This document shows positions 12,242-25,177 of a DNA stretch of 64,000 bases, in pieces. Source of the DNA: Haliotis rufescens (lineage: Eukaryota); assembly GCF_023055435.1 (NCBI RefSeq), contig NW_025964365.1, forward strand, positions 434,001 through 498,000. Reading direction: 5' to 3'. The position numbers and the translations under genes were made by a program. Under the pieces are notes generated by a model. It ran no database searches, was not told the origin of the DNA, and saw nothing but the letters and a program-made list of their open reading frames with translations. How positions within the stretch are numbered: position 1 is the stretch's first letter; each line of letters begins with the position of its first letter.

Positions 12242-13305
12242 GATTGTTCCTCTTCTACGATATGTGACCAATAATGCCTATACCAGTAATACCTCAGCCG
12301 CCACAGGGTAAATACCGTGATACGACGTTGTAACAAGCAATACCAGAGTGACAGGAAGGCAGGTGACAGGCTGGGTGTCTATAGTTTATCTCTAATTCTA
12401 TGACTTTGAACGAATCACATTCCTCAAGTACCTCGATAGTTACTTTTAGACACTGCTCGCTCTGTGTGAATGTTCCTAGATGAAGCCGTTGCGAAAAGCC
12501 CAAAGAGTTGCTGATGCTGAGTAGAGAAGATTTGTTATTTCATAGATGAAGAGATGAAGACATTTGCGTCTGAATTAACCAAGATGGTATAAAGAGTTCA
12601 TGTTATATCAACATGTTTTATATACTCGTGAATGTCGCGTATGTGCGTGACAAAGCGTTCGGGCGGTATCCCACTTTTAACACTAATGGTACCCTAGTGT
12701 CTTTATTACTTGCCCGTGAAGAGATCACCCGTTTAATAAACATACAGCTTTATTACACATTGTGTAATACCAAAACGCGTGCTCTTGTACTCTCGGAACA
12801 CGTTTCACGAACAAATATTGAAAGCTCTCAACATCCCTTGGCGTATTCAACGACATTGTGTGTGGAGATGATAGATCACTGGGAGGAGCTTATGCACACT
12901 CGATGACCCCAGCAACCTTGTTGCTAGGCTGACGTCACATGTTTCGCCGATGGATCTTGCAACAAAATTCAACAAATTACGTCATCGGGTATTTTGACGT
13001 CATTGTAAACTTTGAGGTGCAAGGCCCCGTTCCACAAGGTGATCGTACTGTAGCGCAACGAGAGTCTTTAGTCTAAGTTAAATTATGTGAGTTGTGATAG
13101 CCTTAGCACTACGATAATTTTGTAGGACGAACGCCTGAATTCTAAAGGTGGACCATTGTATGATATTAAATTCATACGTTTCAACTTTTGACGTGTTTGA
13201 AGTATTATTCTGTTAAACTCAATTGGATTATGCCATGGATCGTGTAGGTGTCAGCCTATTTACACTCAATAGTATAATTCTAAAAACATTATAAATGACA
13301 AGTAA

Positions 13306-13463
13306 TAAATAAAATACTAAACTCGCTCTCGTGTAAAACCAATTTTATGAAACTCGTGAATAGTTGTGGTATCTGACTCGCTTTCGCTCGTCAGATACCA
13401 GAACTATTCACTCGTTTCATAAAATTGGTATTACACGGGAGCTCGTTTAGTATTCTATATTTA
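13306..13463. mobile_element. Fold-back palindromic element (MITE-like hairpin, ~158 bp)
   Basis: Arms of ~70 bp are reverse complements (AATACTAAAC..GTGTAA..CCAATTTTATGAAAC..GTGAATAGTT..TGGTATCTGAC) around GCTTTCGC. Confidence 0.75.
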
Positions 13464-15005
13464 TGATCACTTTACCCTCGCACGTATTTCTCCACTATCT
13501 CACAGCCGGACCACTTGTTACGTTCCCTTGAAAACATACATCTGCTACGCCACCCCCAAACCCCTCACCCTCACCAACCCATGGTCATCATAGTAAGTTA
13601 AGCCATGACTTTGCAACTCGCCTTGTCAGCATCGTCTCGGCTCCGTCAAGGAGTGATTGGTTTAACGACGCTTACTCCAAGTTGACTCTATCAGCATTCA
13701 CAAGCGCATAATAAAGAAACGCAACACCAGCTTTATACTCACATAGTTTTACTTACTCTCAGCCCATCTATCAATACAGGACAGGATCAGACTGGCCAGA
13801 CTCGTCACTAAATAGGGAAAACTTAAAACGATTTGGATTCGACTCGATCGATTGCAAACCGCGATCTCCTCTCCTAATGTTAGGGTATCATTTTATGGTG
13901 TTCGGGCCTGGCCTGTCTTTATCACATGTCACAATACCTCATTTTAATTAGATAAAAGTTACATCTGACCATGAACTCATGTGTGTTGTAACCGAAAAAA
14001 TACCGAAGCCTACGTGCCAGATTGTTCATAACTCCGGGTGCTAAAAATGAAACATAACTTGCATCTCTGCTTGTTTCATTAACTAATGGACGATAAAATG
14101 GAACCAATCCAATGATAAATATGAAATGTCAAATATACACTTGTGATAAATGTGAAATGTCTTTTATCTATTAATTCCTTTCGAACTAAAGGTTCTCTGT
14201 CACTTTGTATCTCTAATGCAACTCCTCATTGCAGCTATAACGGTTTTATTTGTTACCATTTTCTAATGTTTTTGAGACGCATTTTAACCTTCTAATAATA
14301 CTGACTCCGAGCCGACTAGTCCTTGTTTTAGCCCCTTAAAACCGAACGCCAGGCATGATAACAACACGTACCATCTTTTAACGTCTCTTGGTATTGACAA
14401 GGAAAAAAGATTTAATACATATTTCGAAATTATCTTAGATATAAAAAGGATACTAACATCCGAAACTTATACTTTACACCATAATTTTCCGGGGGGAAAC
14501 TACACAAAAATTATATAATAAATAGGATATTTCATGTGTCTCGTGAAATATCATGTTTCTCTCATCTCGTGAAGTATGTGTGTGTGTGTGTGGGGGGGGG
14601 GGGGGGAGGGAATGTAACAATATAATGGCGCCGCTATACTTTCTACTTGCGGAATTTGTCGTTTTAGTTCTTTTTCGAGGTGCTGAAATCACATATGATG
14701 GTCCGAATGTTTCGATCACTTTTACCGAGAATTTAGCAACATCGACGTTGATTGGTTCATTTACCTGACGGGACTTTCGTTGGCGCTGAACCTCAGATCC
14801 TCGAGCAGAGAGGTATCACATCGGAGTAAAACTTTAACGAGACAGCGTAATGTTGCCAGATGGTTCGTATCTCGTATCCCATGCGGGAAAGTTACTACGT
14901 TCTCTGTACCGTATTCACGTCAGTAATTAAAAGTAAGCATAACAAGAATGATTTTAGTAGGAACGTCAGAGACGGAATTGTTGTGAACCCTACACTTGTA
15001 CTGAA

Positions 15006-15251
15006 AGAGTGAGTGAGCGCGTTTGGTTTAGCTTTGGACAGTATTCCAGTTATGTCACCGCCTGTCAGCCTAATGTGGGAGGAAAGCCCGAAGTGATGCA
15101 GTCTTAGACGTTAACCCACAATCACGGGCATGGTGCTGACAAACCTAGAAACATAATCAGGGATAATAGGGATTCGAACCCACGATCATAACTTTCTAGC
15201 AATCCTAAGGGAAGCTGCATGGGAACAGCGAATTGCGGCGCCTTAGACGAC
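15006..15251 (-). mobile_element. SINE family B
   Basis: Similarity to 57111-57388. Confidence 0.8.
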
Positions 15252-15923
15252 AAAAACAGTGCATAAATAATCAGGAGAGGTGTATCGACCACAGACCTTT
15301 AAACAAACATTTAAAAAAAGAGCAACGAGAGTCAGAGGGATTAGTGTTAAAGATGGTATATGCTGGATATTCCTGGACAGTGTCTGCCGCTACAGCTATG
15401 TCTGCGTTACGTATATTAACATCGAGGAGAGTTAACGTGTCTAAATATAAATGTGACCAACGTTCAACTCCAAATGACACAAAAAACCAACATGAAGTAA
15501 ATAATATATGTTTATTACCCATATGTTTCAAGAAGAGCCAACTAATGTGAATCCAGACCAAACAAACATGGCCGAATTATTCCAGGACGTAATGCAGGCG
15601 GCATTGTTGACATATGACACACACAGGATTGGCTACGCCATTTGCCATGATGACGCAGTTTATACTGTCATTGTTGAAGTCTTGTTGCAATGTAAGCTTG
15701 CACGTATTCAATACAGAAACTATTTCTTTCAGGGCAGCTAATATCACAGAGTGGATGACAGAAATATTATATTTCGTACTCGTGTTTCGTGAAATCATTA
15801 TGACAGTCACACTTCTGTGATTACGTATATGTACTTGGTCCAACTTAATACCAAACTTTCTTATCAAGAATTAATATGCAAAATATTCATCAGCATGGCG
15901 TCATGATAAAGTCAGCCTCCATG

Positions 15924-18900
15924 TCATGCCTTGTGCCAGCTGCTGTAAGACTTTCCCTTCACGAGTTTGGCTGTGTGTCGGTTCTCGTGCGTCATTTCCC
16001 ACTTCTCCATATGGGGGCCCTGGATCGTGGTTTCGAAGGCATCGTCCTACAACACATAGGGTTAATATACTACGACACTTTCAATATGCCGGGTCATCTA
16101 CCATTATCACCAAACGTGGTTTGGCCTAGTTTGTTCGTTACGCCATTTGTCTATAAGTGAAACATTATTTACCGATTTTAAGATTAGATTTTAAGAAGTA
16201 TGTTATGTTACCTGAAAGAACCTTTAGATAAGGTCGGTTCATGATGGAACACACGAAGCCATTAAAAAGTGGTCAAATGTCACAAATGTTATATTTGCGA
16301 TAACACTTCCTGAGTAAAGTAAAGATTCTAGCCCCATCCGGACTTGCATATTTACACTTGTCAGAGGGGTACACAAAGTACGTGATCTAGACAACCAGTT
16401 GTCGGACTTTCATTTTAGAAAGGGTTAGATCGCTGACTTTGTGTGCTGGAGATTAGGTGCCTCACTCTGGCAGTGTGGCTTCGATACCGGATAGGACTCA
16501 ACCCCCCAAAAGTACTAGAATCTGTACTTCACAAAAGAGTTCTTTTAGCAATAATCCAGCAATATCACGATGGGGCACATCAGAAATGGGATTCACACAT
16601 TGTACCCATGTCGGGAATCGAACCGCGTCTTCAGCGTGACGAGCGAACGCTGTAACCACTAGGCTACCCGACCGCCCCACTTTACAAAGGAAGCGTTATC
16701 CCAAATATAACATTTGTTACGGTTCATGATAGGTCTACAAGCAGTTTTTGTAAAGCACTTAGATTTACTGAACGAATAAGTCTTATCCCCGTTTCCAATG
16801 GGACTCATGAGTCATATGGGTACTCGTCAGCTTGACGTAAGCTATCTAATCATACAACCTGTCATGGACTACACAATAAGCAATTGTTAAAAAGCAGATT
16901 TGAAGATAGACATTACATTTCAAGGATGATTATTTTGATAAGGTTATGTGGAAATATAAATCATTCACACAAAAATCATTATTCTAATGTGTAATTGGGG
17001 AAATATTGAAAAGATGTTCGAATTGGATTTTTATAATTGCGCCTAATTGAAAAAAGGCTGTTTACGGCCACTACATAATCAGTTTTGTACAAGCAGTTTT
17101 GTTTTGCGAGTTGTGGCATTAAACACAAATATATGTTCCTTGTTTGCGATATTTTTTTTTCCTGTGCTCATATGGTCTCTCTCAAAATACTTTTATCCTT
17201 TTTCACCTTATTCACCTTTTCATGACACCATATTTTGTTTCAATGGGACCCCAAGTATGTTTACTATATCGGCATGTTCATGTTTACTATGTTTACTATG
17301 TTTCCATGTTCAAGTGTTTGTTTTCTATGTTTCAATGCTACAATAACCTGTATGTTTACAATGTTTCAATGTTCACCAGTACGTTTACAATGTTGCCATG
17401 TTCACCTGCATGTTTACAATGTTTCCATGTTCACCTGTATGTTTACACTGTTGCCATGTTCATGTATGTTTACAATGTTTCCATGGTCATGTATGTTTAC
17501 TATGTTTCCATGGTCACCTGCATGTTTACTATGTTTCCGTGTTCACCTGTAAGTTTACAATGTTTCCACATTCACCTGNNNNNNNNNNNNNNNNNNNNNN
17601 NNNNNNNNNNNNNNNNNNNNNNNNNNNNNNNNNNNNNNNNNNNNNNNNNNNNNNNNNNNNNNNNNNNNNNNNNNNNNNNNNNNNNNNNNNNNNNNNNNNN
17701 NNNNNNNNCCTCCAGTGTCCTAGGATTACTATCGATACCTTTTATAAGTAATATTCACTCTTTCCTTCTTCGTATTATTCAAACCAGACTAAATAAACAA
17801 TACCTCTTTCTCTTCGTTCAACACTTCTTTGGCGGTTTCGTGTCTGTCCACAGACTCAAATGGCGACCAGTCAATCTTGTGGTCAGGCTTGGATGGATCT
17901 CTCATCAGAATCCCCTCCTTCAGGCCGTAGAAGCCGTAAGGTTTAGCGGGATCCTGCCAACGCAGGTCCAAGCTCCATCGGATCTCGTTGGAAACATTCG
18001 GCAGACTGCATAAAATTAATATTTATACCGTTATTTCCAAAATTAAGCTAATATGTCAATTGAGTTATATGGTTAAACGTATGTATTATGTATTCGCATG
18101 TATGTATATCAATAATTATAATTATAATACAATGCGTTACCTTGGTAAGTACTACGTTACCTTCTATGGGGGATCATGTTGTTGATCAAAAGCATCCCGC
18201 CGTAGGGAATTGGGCACAGTTTGATGTCTTTGTCCAGATCCACACCTGGAACAATACAGCAGTGTCTGATATCAACTCACTGGCACTCACCTTGGCACTC
18301 AGCTGACACTCGGTCATGACAAAACCCAACTTGTGATGTTCTGTCGGTGTAACATGATTCACAAGTCGGTATTACACAAATTTAACTCGCCTGACTTACC
18401 TTTGGTATATCGACGTTGTCCTTGCACAAATTCTGTTCATGTAATGTTGTGTTTATGGTAGTCAAGAAGGCTGCTGTCACAAGCGTTAAAGGTGTCGAAA
18501 GTATACTCGTTTCTGTTACCCCTCTACACAGATAACACTGGCAATTATCCAGAAGCATTTACCCAAGGGGTGATTTTGAACCGTTTTGATAAATGAGAAA
18601 CCTATATTAAGGAGGATGTAGAGATATTTGACTTTTGTATATTTGTCCCTACTAATTACATTTTACAATTGCCAAGGAGTGAAAACGTGTTACTAGTATA
18701 GGATATTTCTTAGGTGCATTGATGAATGTAGTACCCTCCATGTCCTTTTGAATGCATACAATATTCACATACAATATTCACCAGTGAATGGGTATCGTAT
18801 ATGGATCAGTGTTTGTAAAGATAATACAATACGTAACGACAGTTAAACATATGTCTTTCCTAATATACATATTTAATTCAGCGCAATAAGAATGGGATTC

Positions 18901-21719
18901 CCATCTTACCCAGAGTCTTCACCATCTCCTCCTCTGCAAGTTCCACATACCACGTGTCCGCCCAGCAGCACGTGTGACGACAGATGCGACCTGGTCGGTG
19001 ACCGCCGGATACGACCTGGAAACCAAGGAGGTTTGAATTACACCAAACAGTGAACGACATGTGTAGTGCATTGGTTTACTAACTTTTCCCGAATATCTTT
19101 GTTGGAAATGAATGAGTGGGTGACTTGGGTTTAAGCTTTGAGTAGTATCCTAGCATATCACGACGTGGGATGTAAAGGCCGAAGTGATGCAGGTCTCGGA
19201 CGTTTACCACTTTGGTGAAACGACGAGCACGGGTATGGTGCTAACAAACCTAGAAACATAATCAGGGCGAACCGGGATGGGAATTTCATACATTTCTGGC
19301 GTGCCGAATGGACAACGGGTTTGATTGACGCTTTATACAGTATTTCAATTATACCATGGCGTGTCAAACTAATGCATGAGGAAAGGCCAATGGTTCTGTT
19401 TTAGTGAAGCCCATGATCACGGACTGATTGGGTGAGGGTCGGAACTGAAGGATTTGGACCCATGACAAGCGGACCTAGTTTGTTTGTTTGAGACAATCCA
19501 GTGATTGACATCAATGAAAGCAATTCGGATACGATGACATGCATCAACCAAGTTCCTCACCACTCGATCCCGTTAGTTGCCTCTTACGGCAAGTATGGGT
19601 TGCTGAAGACTTATTCTCTACCTGGATCTTCACAGGTCGATTAGTACATAGTATACAGTCTACATGCATGATATTTAAAGCTATGTGTCGTTACTAACCT
19701 CCATGCATCCATTTTGAGCATTGGCATCTAGAAGCGGAACCCAAGCTGTTGGTTGCAGGACTTTGTAAGACTCGTTGTCAAGGTAACCAGAATCTTAAAT
19801 GAGAACAAATCGTCTTATATCGTTATCAACATCAGCATTGTTGGAACGATCTGAAAAAAATGTGTATTAAATAAAGCAAAAAGTGAGTTCGTTGTAAGGT
19901 TACTATCTGATGAGATGCAGCCTCTATTCACCTTGATGCCACGGCACAGTAGTGGCGTTGTTCTTTGGTGTTTTTGTCCGCAGGTTCCAAACTGGATGTC
20001 CGGCTATTTTGGGTCCAATCAGTTGTTCAACCAAATTCAAGAGTCGGTCATTGCTCCAAACTGCACGGAAGGCCTATCATTCGAAAGAAAAGTAGTCATG
20101 AGGGAGTGCGTTGGATTTGACGCCGCTTTGAACAGTATTCCAGTCATACACAGCGTGTCAACTTAATGTGGGGGGAAAGCCCGAAGTGATGAATGTGTCA
20201 GACGTTTAGCATTTTGATGAAACCCACAAGCACGGGTAATGTGCTCACAAACCTAGAAACATAATCGGGGCGAACCGGTATTCTAAGCCACAATCACAGG
20301 TTTCTGGCGTGCCCAAGGAACGCAACCCTGCGGCGCCTTAGACGACTAGGCCACCGGTGCTCCCAATTCGTAATGAACACATTGTTAATTATAATCGTAA
20401 TACTGAAAAGAACCATTGTTCAAGAATGGTTTTAATCGAATTTTGATATCCACGTACCGGAGGTAGTTTCCCTGCTTTATGTAAGAGTATATTGGCACCG
20501 GGAAACTCTTTCTCAATACACGACAAGCGCTCAAACAACCCTTTGTCCTCGTATAAATCTGAAAAGATACATACATGTATTAAATTGTTTGTCTTTTTGT
20601 TTGTTTGTTTGTTTGTTTAACGCCACACTCAGCAATATTCCAGCTTTATGACGGTAGTCTGTAAATAATCGAGTCTGGATGATACAATCCAGTGATTGGT
20701 GTCATAAGCATCGATCCACGCAATTGGGATACGATGAAATGCATCAACCAAGTCAGCGAGCCAGACCACCCAATCCTGTTAGTCGCCTCTTACAAGCATA
20801 GTCGCCTGTTATGGCAGGCATGGGTTGCTGAAGACCTATTCTCGCCCGGATCTTCACGGCTCGAATTAATTTGTTATGGGATCAGACAGAAAGGATAGAT
20901 GAACGGATTTTATATTATTGTTGAACATGAATTTGTCAATCTCGATAGCGAAAAAAGCATTGTGAATTGGAACATTTTAAAAATAGAACCACGTGTTTCC
21001 TCTGTAGAAATAACATACTTTTAATCTTTCCTCCTTTGTACAACTTCTGAGCGAGTTCTTCAACTTGTTTCCCTATGGCCTCTCTGCAAGGATCCAGTTC
21101 CTCCTTGGAGAAGAACTTCTCCACTATCAGATAACCCTGGAGCATATCAATATCTTTTAGAACAGATCATCGCTATAATGATTCTATTTCGTCTCCATTG
21201 TGAAGTAAATGTTGGGGATCGTGCATATTTCGGGGGGATATTTTTATGTAATCTCAGTATGCTCAGTCTTCACTACCAAAATATATCCCTGCAAGTATTC
21301 ATGATCCTACCTTTTTGTATTCAGTATATACAGAACTCATCAAAGAACGGAAAAAAACACAAAGATAATGTGAGTGAGTGAGTGAGTGAGGTTATTTCCT
21401 ACCCAGAAACCACTTAATACAAACAAAATTATGTAGCTAATTATCTTTTCAATCAAACACAGCCTTTTTCAATGTGTATTACTTCGTTAAAAAGAAAAAA
21501 AATGATAAATTACTTTACACACTAAATAAAGGTAGAATCATTTTATCCTCAAACATTTTACATACTATACAAAACATTTACCTTGTCAAAGAAATGATCA
21601 ACTTGAGCCTTTGTGAGTTGTCCTGGCTTTGCTTCAGTTGGCTGGGGTGGAGCCACGGTGAAAGCTTCGGGGTAAGCTTCGTCGCAATCTCCAGGGTAGC
21701 GCTTTGCCGTCGTCGACAT
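15924..21719 (-). CDS. PhyH-family Fe(II)/2-oxoglutarate dioxygenase, copy 2, 9 exons, 369 aa
   Basis: Exons: 21582-21719, 21019-21136, 20458-20558, 19932-20073, 19699-19793, 18910-19015, 18161-18245, 17804-18005, 15924-16046 (1110 nt incl. TGA). Same motifs: GHPVWNLRTKTP, VPWHQD, QPTAWVPLLDA, IPHRS, IRWSLDLR. Ends KGKSYSSWHKA*. Confidence 0.92.
16539..16678 (-). mobile_element. SINE family A (paralog of 5620-5754)
   Basis: Same position in the duplicated unit. Confidence 0.85.
17256..17578. repeat. Paralogous, shorter 27-bp minisatellite in intron 8 of copy 2
   Basis: Same unit and flanks as 6415-8542; runs into N-gap 17579-17708. Confidence 0.9.
20100..20366 (-). mobile_element. SINE family B in intron 3 of copy 2
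   Basis: Paralog of 10633-10881. Confidence 0.8.
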
Positions 21720-22626
21720 GATTGTTCCTCAGCCGCCACAGGGTAAATACCGTGATACGACGTTGTAACAAGTAATAACCGAGTGACAGGCAGGCAGGTG
21801 ATAGGCTGGGTGTTTATAGTTTATCACTAATTATATGACCTTGAACGAATCACATTCCTCAAGTACCTCGATAGCTACTTTTAGACACTGCTCGCTCTGT
21901 ATGAATGTTCCTTGACGAAGCCGTTGCGAAAAGCCCAAAGAATTGCTGATCCAGAGTAGAGAATATTTATCACTTCAAAGATGAAGTCATTTGCGTCCGA
22001 ATTAACCAAGATGGTATAAAGAGTTCATGTTATATCAACATGTTTTATATACTCGTGAATGTCGCGTACGTGCGTGACAGAGCGTTAGGGAGGTAACCTA
22101 CTTTTTACACTAATGATACCCTAGTTTTTTTATGATCACTTTACCCTCGCACGCATTTCTCCACTATCTCACAGCCGGACCACTTGTTACGTTCCCTTGA
22201 AAACATACGTCTGCTACCCCCTCCAACCCCCTATTTCAAGTTAATAGATCCGTGTTGGTGATGTCTCTGAAAACTGGTTGTGTTTTAAAAACATCATATC
22301 AGTGGGTTAATATGAAGAAACTGTTGCTTACAAGTAATTTATTTAATAAACTAAATCAATTCACCAGTAGCATCTCCCCCAGCCGTGATATGGCTTGAAA
22401 ATTGCTAAAAGAGGCGTAAAAACATATTAATTCAAAACCAGTAACAGCAGTACATTATTGGGGAGGACGTGGACGTTTTAGAGGGTGCTGTTGATGTCAA
22501 AGCCTCTATAAGTTATCACAGAGCTATGTATAAACAGTGGAGTGCATTTTTCAACAGACATCATTTACCGATGACGTGTGGTGCCGTAATAGAGGCTGTG
22601 GTAAACTGAATGCAGTCATAGCAACC

Positions 22627-22690
22627 CATGGGCGGATACAGAGGGGGGTGGGGGGGGTGGGGGGGGGGGGGGGTGCTGTATCCGCCCATG
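22627..22690. mobile_element. 64-bp MITE with 15-bp TIRs and 5-bp TSD
   Basis: CATGGGCGGATACAG ... CTGTATCCGCCCATG around a G-run; CAACC on both sides (22622-26, 22691-95). Confidence 0.75.
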
Positions 22691-23092
22691 CAACCCATAA
22701 CTAAAGGGATTTTTCTGCCTGTATGAATGTCGATAAGTCTTGTGACTTTTTGTTTGTTTGAAGTTTTGAGTATATCAAGTGATATATTCCAGGGAAAACG
22801 GTCGGAGTTCGCACAAATCATAAAACCATGGTTCAATTCAGAACATAGTCGGGAGTGCACGAATAGGCAGACATGACATAACATGACCAGGAAAAGCAAA
22901 ACCACCCATTAGTTATACATGTAGTTTATTAGAAATAAAGATAAACTTATAAAATGATGCGCAAAAGAAATGGGTTTTTTATCAAATTTGTATGATTAAT
23001 TTCAGAGCTTTACACAAAATCAGAATCCCCCAATGGAAACTACTATGCTACGTCGTGAAACATCCAAGAACGACTTCCTGCATTCCTGTGTT

Positions 23093-23259
23093 GAGTGAGT
23101 GAGTGAGTATGGTTTTACGCCGCTTTTAGCAATATTCCAGCAATATCACGGCGGGGGACACCAGAAATGGGCTTCACACATTGTACCCATATCGGGAATC
23201 GAACCCGGGTCTTCGGCGTGACGAGCCAACGCTTTAACCACTAGGCTACCCGACCGCCC
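23093..23259 (-). mobile_element. SINE family A, full length
   Basis: TSD TCCTGTGTTGAG on both sides; (ACTC)n tail. Confidence 0.92.
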
Positions 23260-23314
23260 TCCTGTGTTGAGACTTAACAATACTGATGAAAGTCCATCTC
23301 TGTATTGACAAGGA

Positions 23315-23378
23315 GGTGAGTTTAGGTGAATGGTGGTTAAGGTCACGCCTAAGATTATTTCACTAATATAGCGACGTG

Positions 23379-23409
<31 letters not shown>

Positions 23410-23592
23410 CTGTCTGTCTGTCTGTTCTTACCAGTCCGGACTATTGCCGATTGCATGGTGCTGGCCCAGTTTAACATGAATGCCGAACTCAGACACAGTT
23501 TACTGACTCCGAGCCGACTGGTCCTCGTTTTAGCCCCTTAATACCGAACGTCAGGCAGGATAACAACAAGTATCATCTTTTAACGTCTCTTG
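23315..23592 (-). mobile_element. SINE family C, 5'-truncated (remnant paralog at ~14300-14392; another fragment at ~575-685 +)
   Basis: TSD GTATTGACAAGGA (23302-23314, 23593-23605). Confidence 0.85.
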
Positions 23593-23739
23593 GTATTGAC
23601 AAGGAAAATAGATTTAATACATATTTCGAATTTATCTTAGATATAAAGAAATACTCACATCCGAAACTTACTAATTTTTCAAATCGGACAATTCACAATT
23701 TGACAAGTTGAAGACATAATTATGCAACAAATTAGATAT

Positions 23740-24370
23740 AATGAAATCCCTTCCCCTGCCACAGATTGATGAAAGAAACAGTGAATTTTATAAGCAAAGT
23801 GTTATGCTTATCGTTTAATATCTCAGGACGACCTTTTACTTATCTCAAATAGTACATATTAACATTATGCCATTATATATAAAATGATGACAATTATCGG
23901 GGTACAGTTTTGTTGCTAAATATTTGAAACAGGTGTAGTTGTATTTTGTTCAGAAACTGGAAACTCAGAAGCTTCTGTATATCAGTTAATTGAGTGAGTG
24001 AGTGAGTGAGTGAGTGAGTGAGTATGGTTTTACGCTGCTTTTAGCAATATTCCAGCAATATCACGGCGGGGGACACCAGAAATGGCTTCACACATTGTAC
24101 CCATGTCGGGAATCGAACCCGGGTCTTAGGCGTGACGAGCCAACGCTTTAATCACTAGGCTACCCGACCGCCCCTATATCAGTTAATTGAGTTACATGTG
24201 TGAAGCCATAGAAAACAAAGAACGCTGTGGCATATATAAATGGAAAAACAAGCCGACACCTAACAGTGTTGGTAAATGACTCTGAAAACACTGTATTTGA
24301 ACGTGGGCGTTCCACAAGGCTCAGTTCTTGGTCCGTTCCTATTAATTGTCTATATAAATATCCTTAAATA
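23740..24370 (+). mobile_element. Highly decayed CR1-group LINE RT remnant, interrupted by a SINE
   Basis: DNYRGTVLL at ~23889 (cf. NYRPISLL), EAIENKE at ~24200 and VGVPQGSVLGPFLLIVYIN at ~24303-24359. Confidence 0.6.
23996..24174 (-). mobile_element. SINE family A, full length, young
   Basis: TSD TATATCAGTTAATTGAGT (23978-23995, 24175-24192). Confidence 0.93.
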
Positions 24371-24833
24371 ATAAATATAAATATACCTGATTATTTTAAC
24401 TGTTTTATAAAATTATTTACCAATATTAATGCCGCCTCCCTTAAACGAGCATCAAAAGATATTCTTTTCTCAAAAAGCGTTTGAATCAAATTTTGAAAGT
24501 ATAACTGATCGGGCCATGCGGTGGCTGACATACAATGTCGCGTTTTGTCGTGTCAGTGTCCTAGATTCGTGGATTCTAATCTTAGAATCGGCCTGGTTAT
24601 TACACTTGGTTTGTCAGCACTATACCCATTCACGTTCACCATGGTAAACAGTGGAAACCGTCTCCCATCTTCGTCACTTTGGGAGGTCCTCCCATATGAT
24701 GAATGCCTACTGCTATGTATCTGCACCACATAATTGTGTTCACCGCGAAACTCGACATACGACACTTTCAGTTAATGTCGCCAAAATGAATCAGATTCTA
24801 ATGCCCTGTCATCAGAAAGAGGTGTTAATATTG

Positions 24834-24909
24834 GAAATAATTCACGTTTTCTTTTATATATATATATATATATATTTTATATATATATAAAAGAAACGTG
24901 AATTATTTC
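24834..24909. repeat. AT-rich palindrome (inverted repeat around a (TA)n core)
   Basis: GAAATAATTCACGTTTTCTTTTATATA... and ...TATATAAAAGAAACGTGAATTATTTC. Confidence 0.85.
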
Positions 24910-24971
24910 AAATTTTACAAGTCGCGTATTGCTTACGGTGAGAGTAGGGCTGCATCCCTCTATAAGCTTAA

Positions 24972-25177
24972 TTTGCTTGTTTGTTGTTTAACGCTGCACT
25001 CAGCAATATTCCAGCTATATGATCCAGTGATTGGCAACATGATCATCGATCTACGCAATTGAGATACGATGACATGCATCAACCAGGTCAGCGAGCCGGA
25101 CCACCCGATCCTGTCAGTCGCCTTTTACGGCAAGCATAGGTTGCTGAATGCCTATTCTAACCCAGATCTACACGGGT
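24972..25177 (-). mobile_element. SINE-like family D
   Basis: Match to 31879-32123 with an internal deletion. Confidence 0.82.

Larger units (their letters stand above)
3480..23670. repeat. Tandem segmental duplication carrying the dioxygenase gene (unit A ~3480-14470, unit B ~14480-23670)
   Basis: Exons, introns and intronic SINEs are collinear. 14480-14572 matches 3480-3571 and 14300-14470 matches 23500-23670, which places the junction at ~14470-14480. Confidence 0.85.

Noticed and set aside
15924-15935. Peroxisomal PTS1 at the dioxygenase C-terminus
   Set aside because: The termini HKA and RAS do not fit the [SAC][KRH][LM] consensus.
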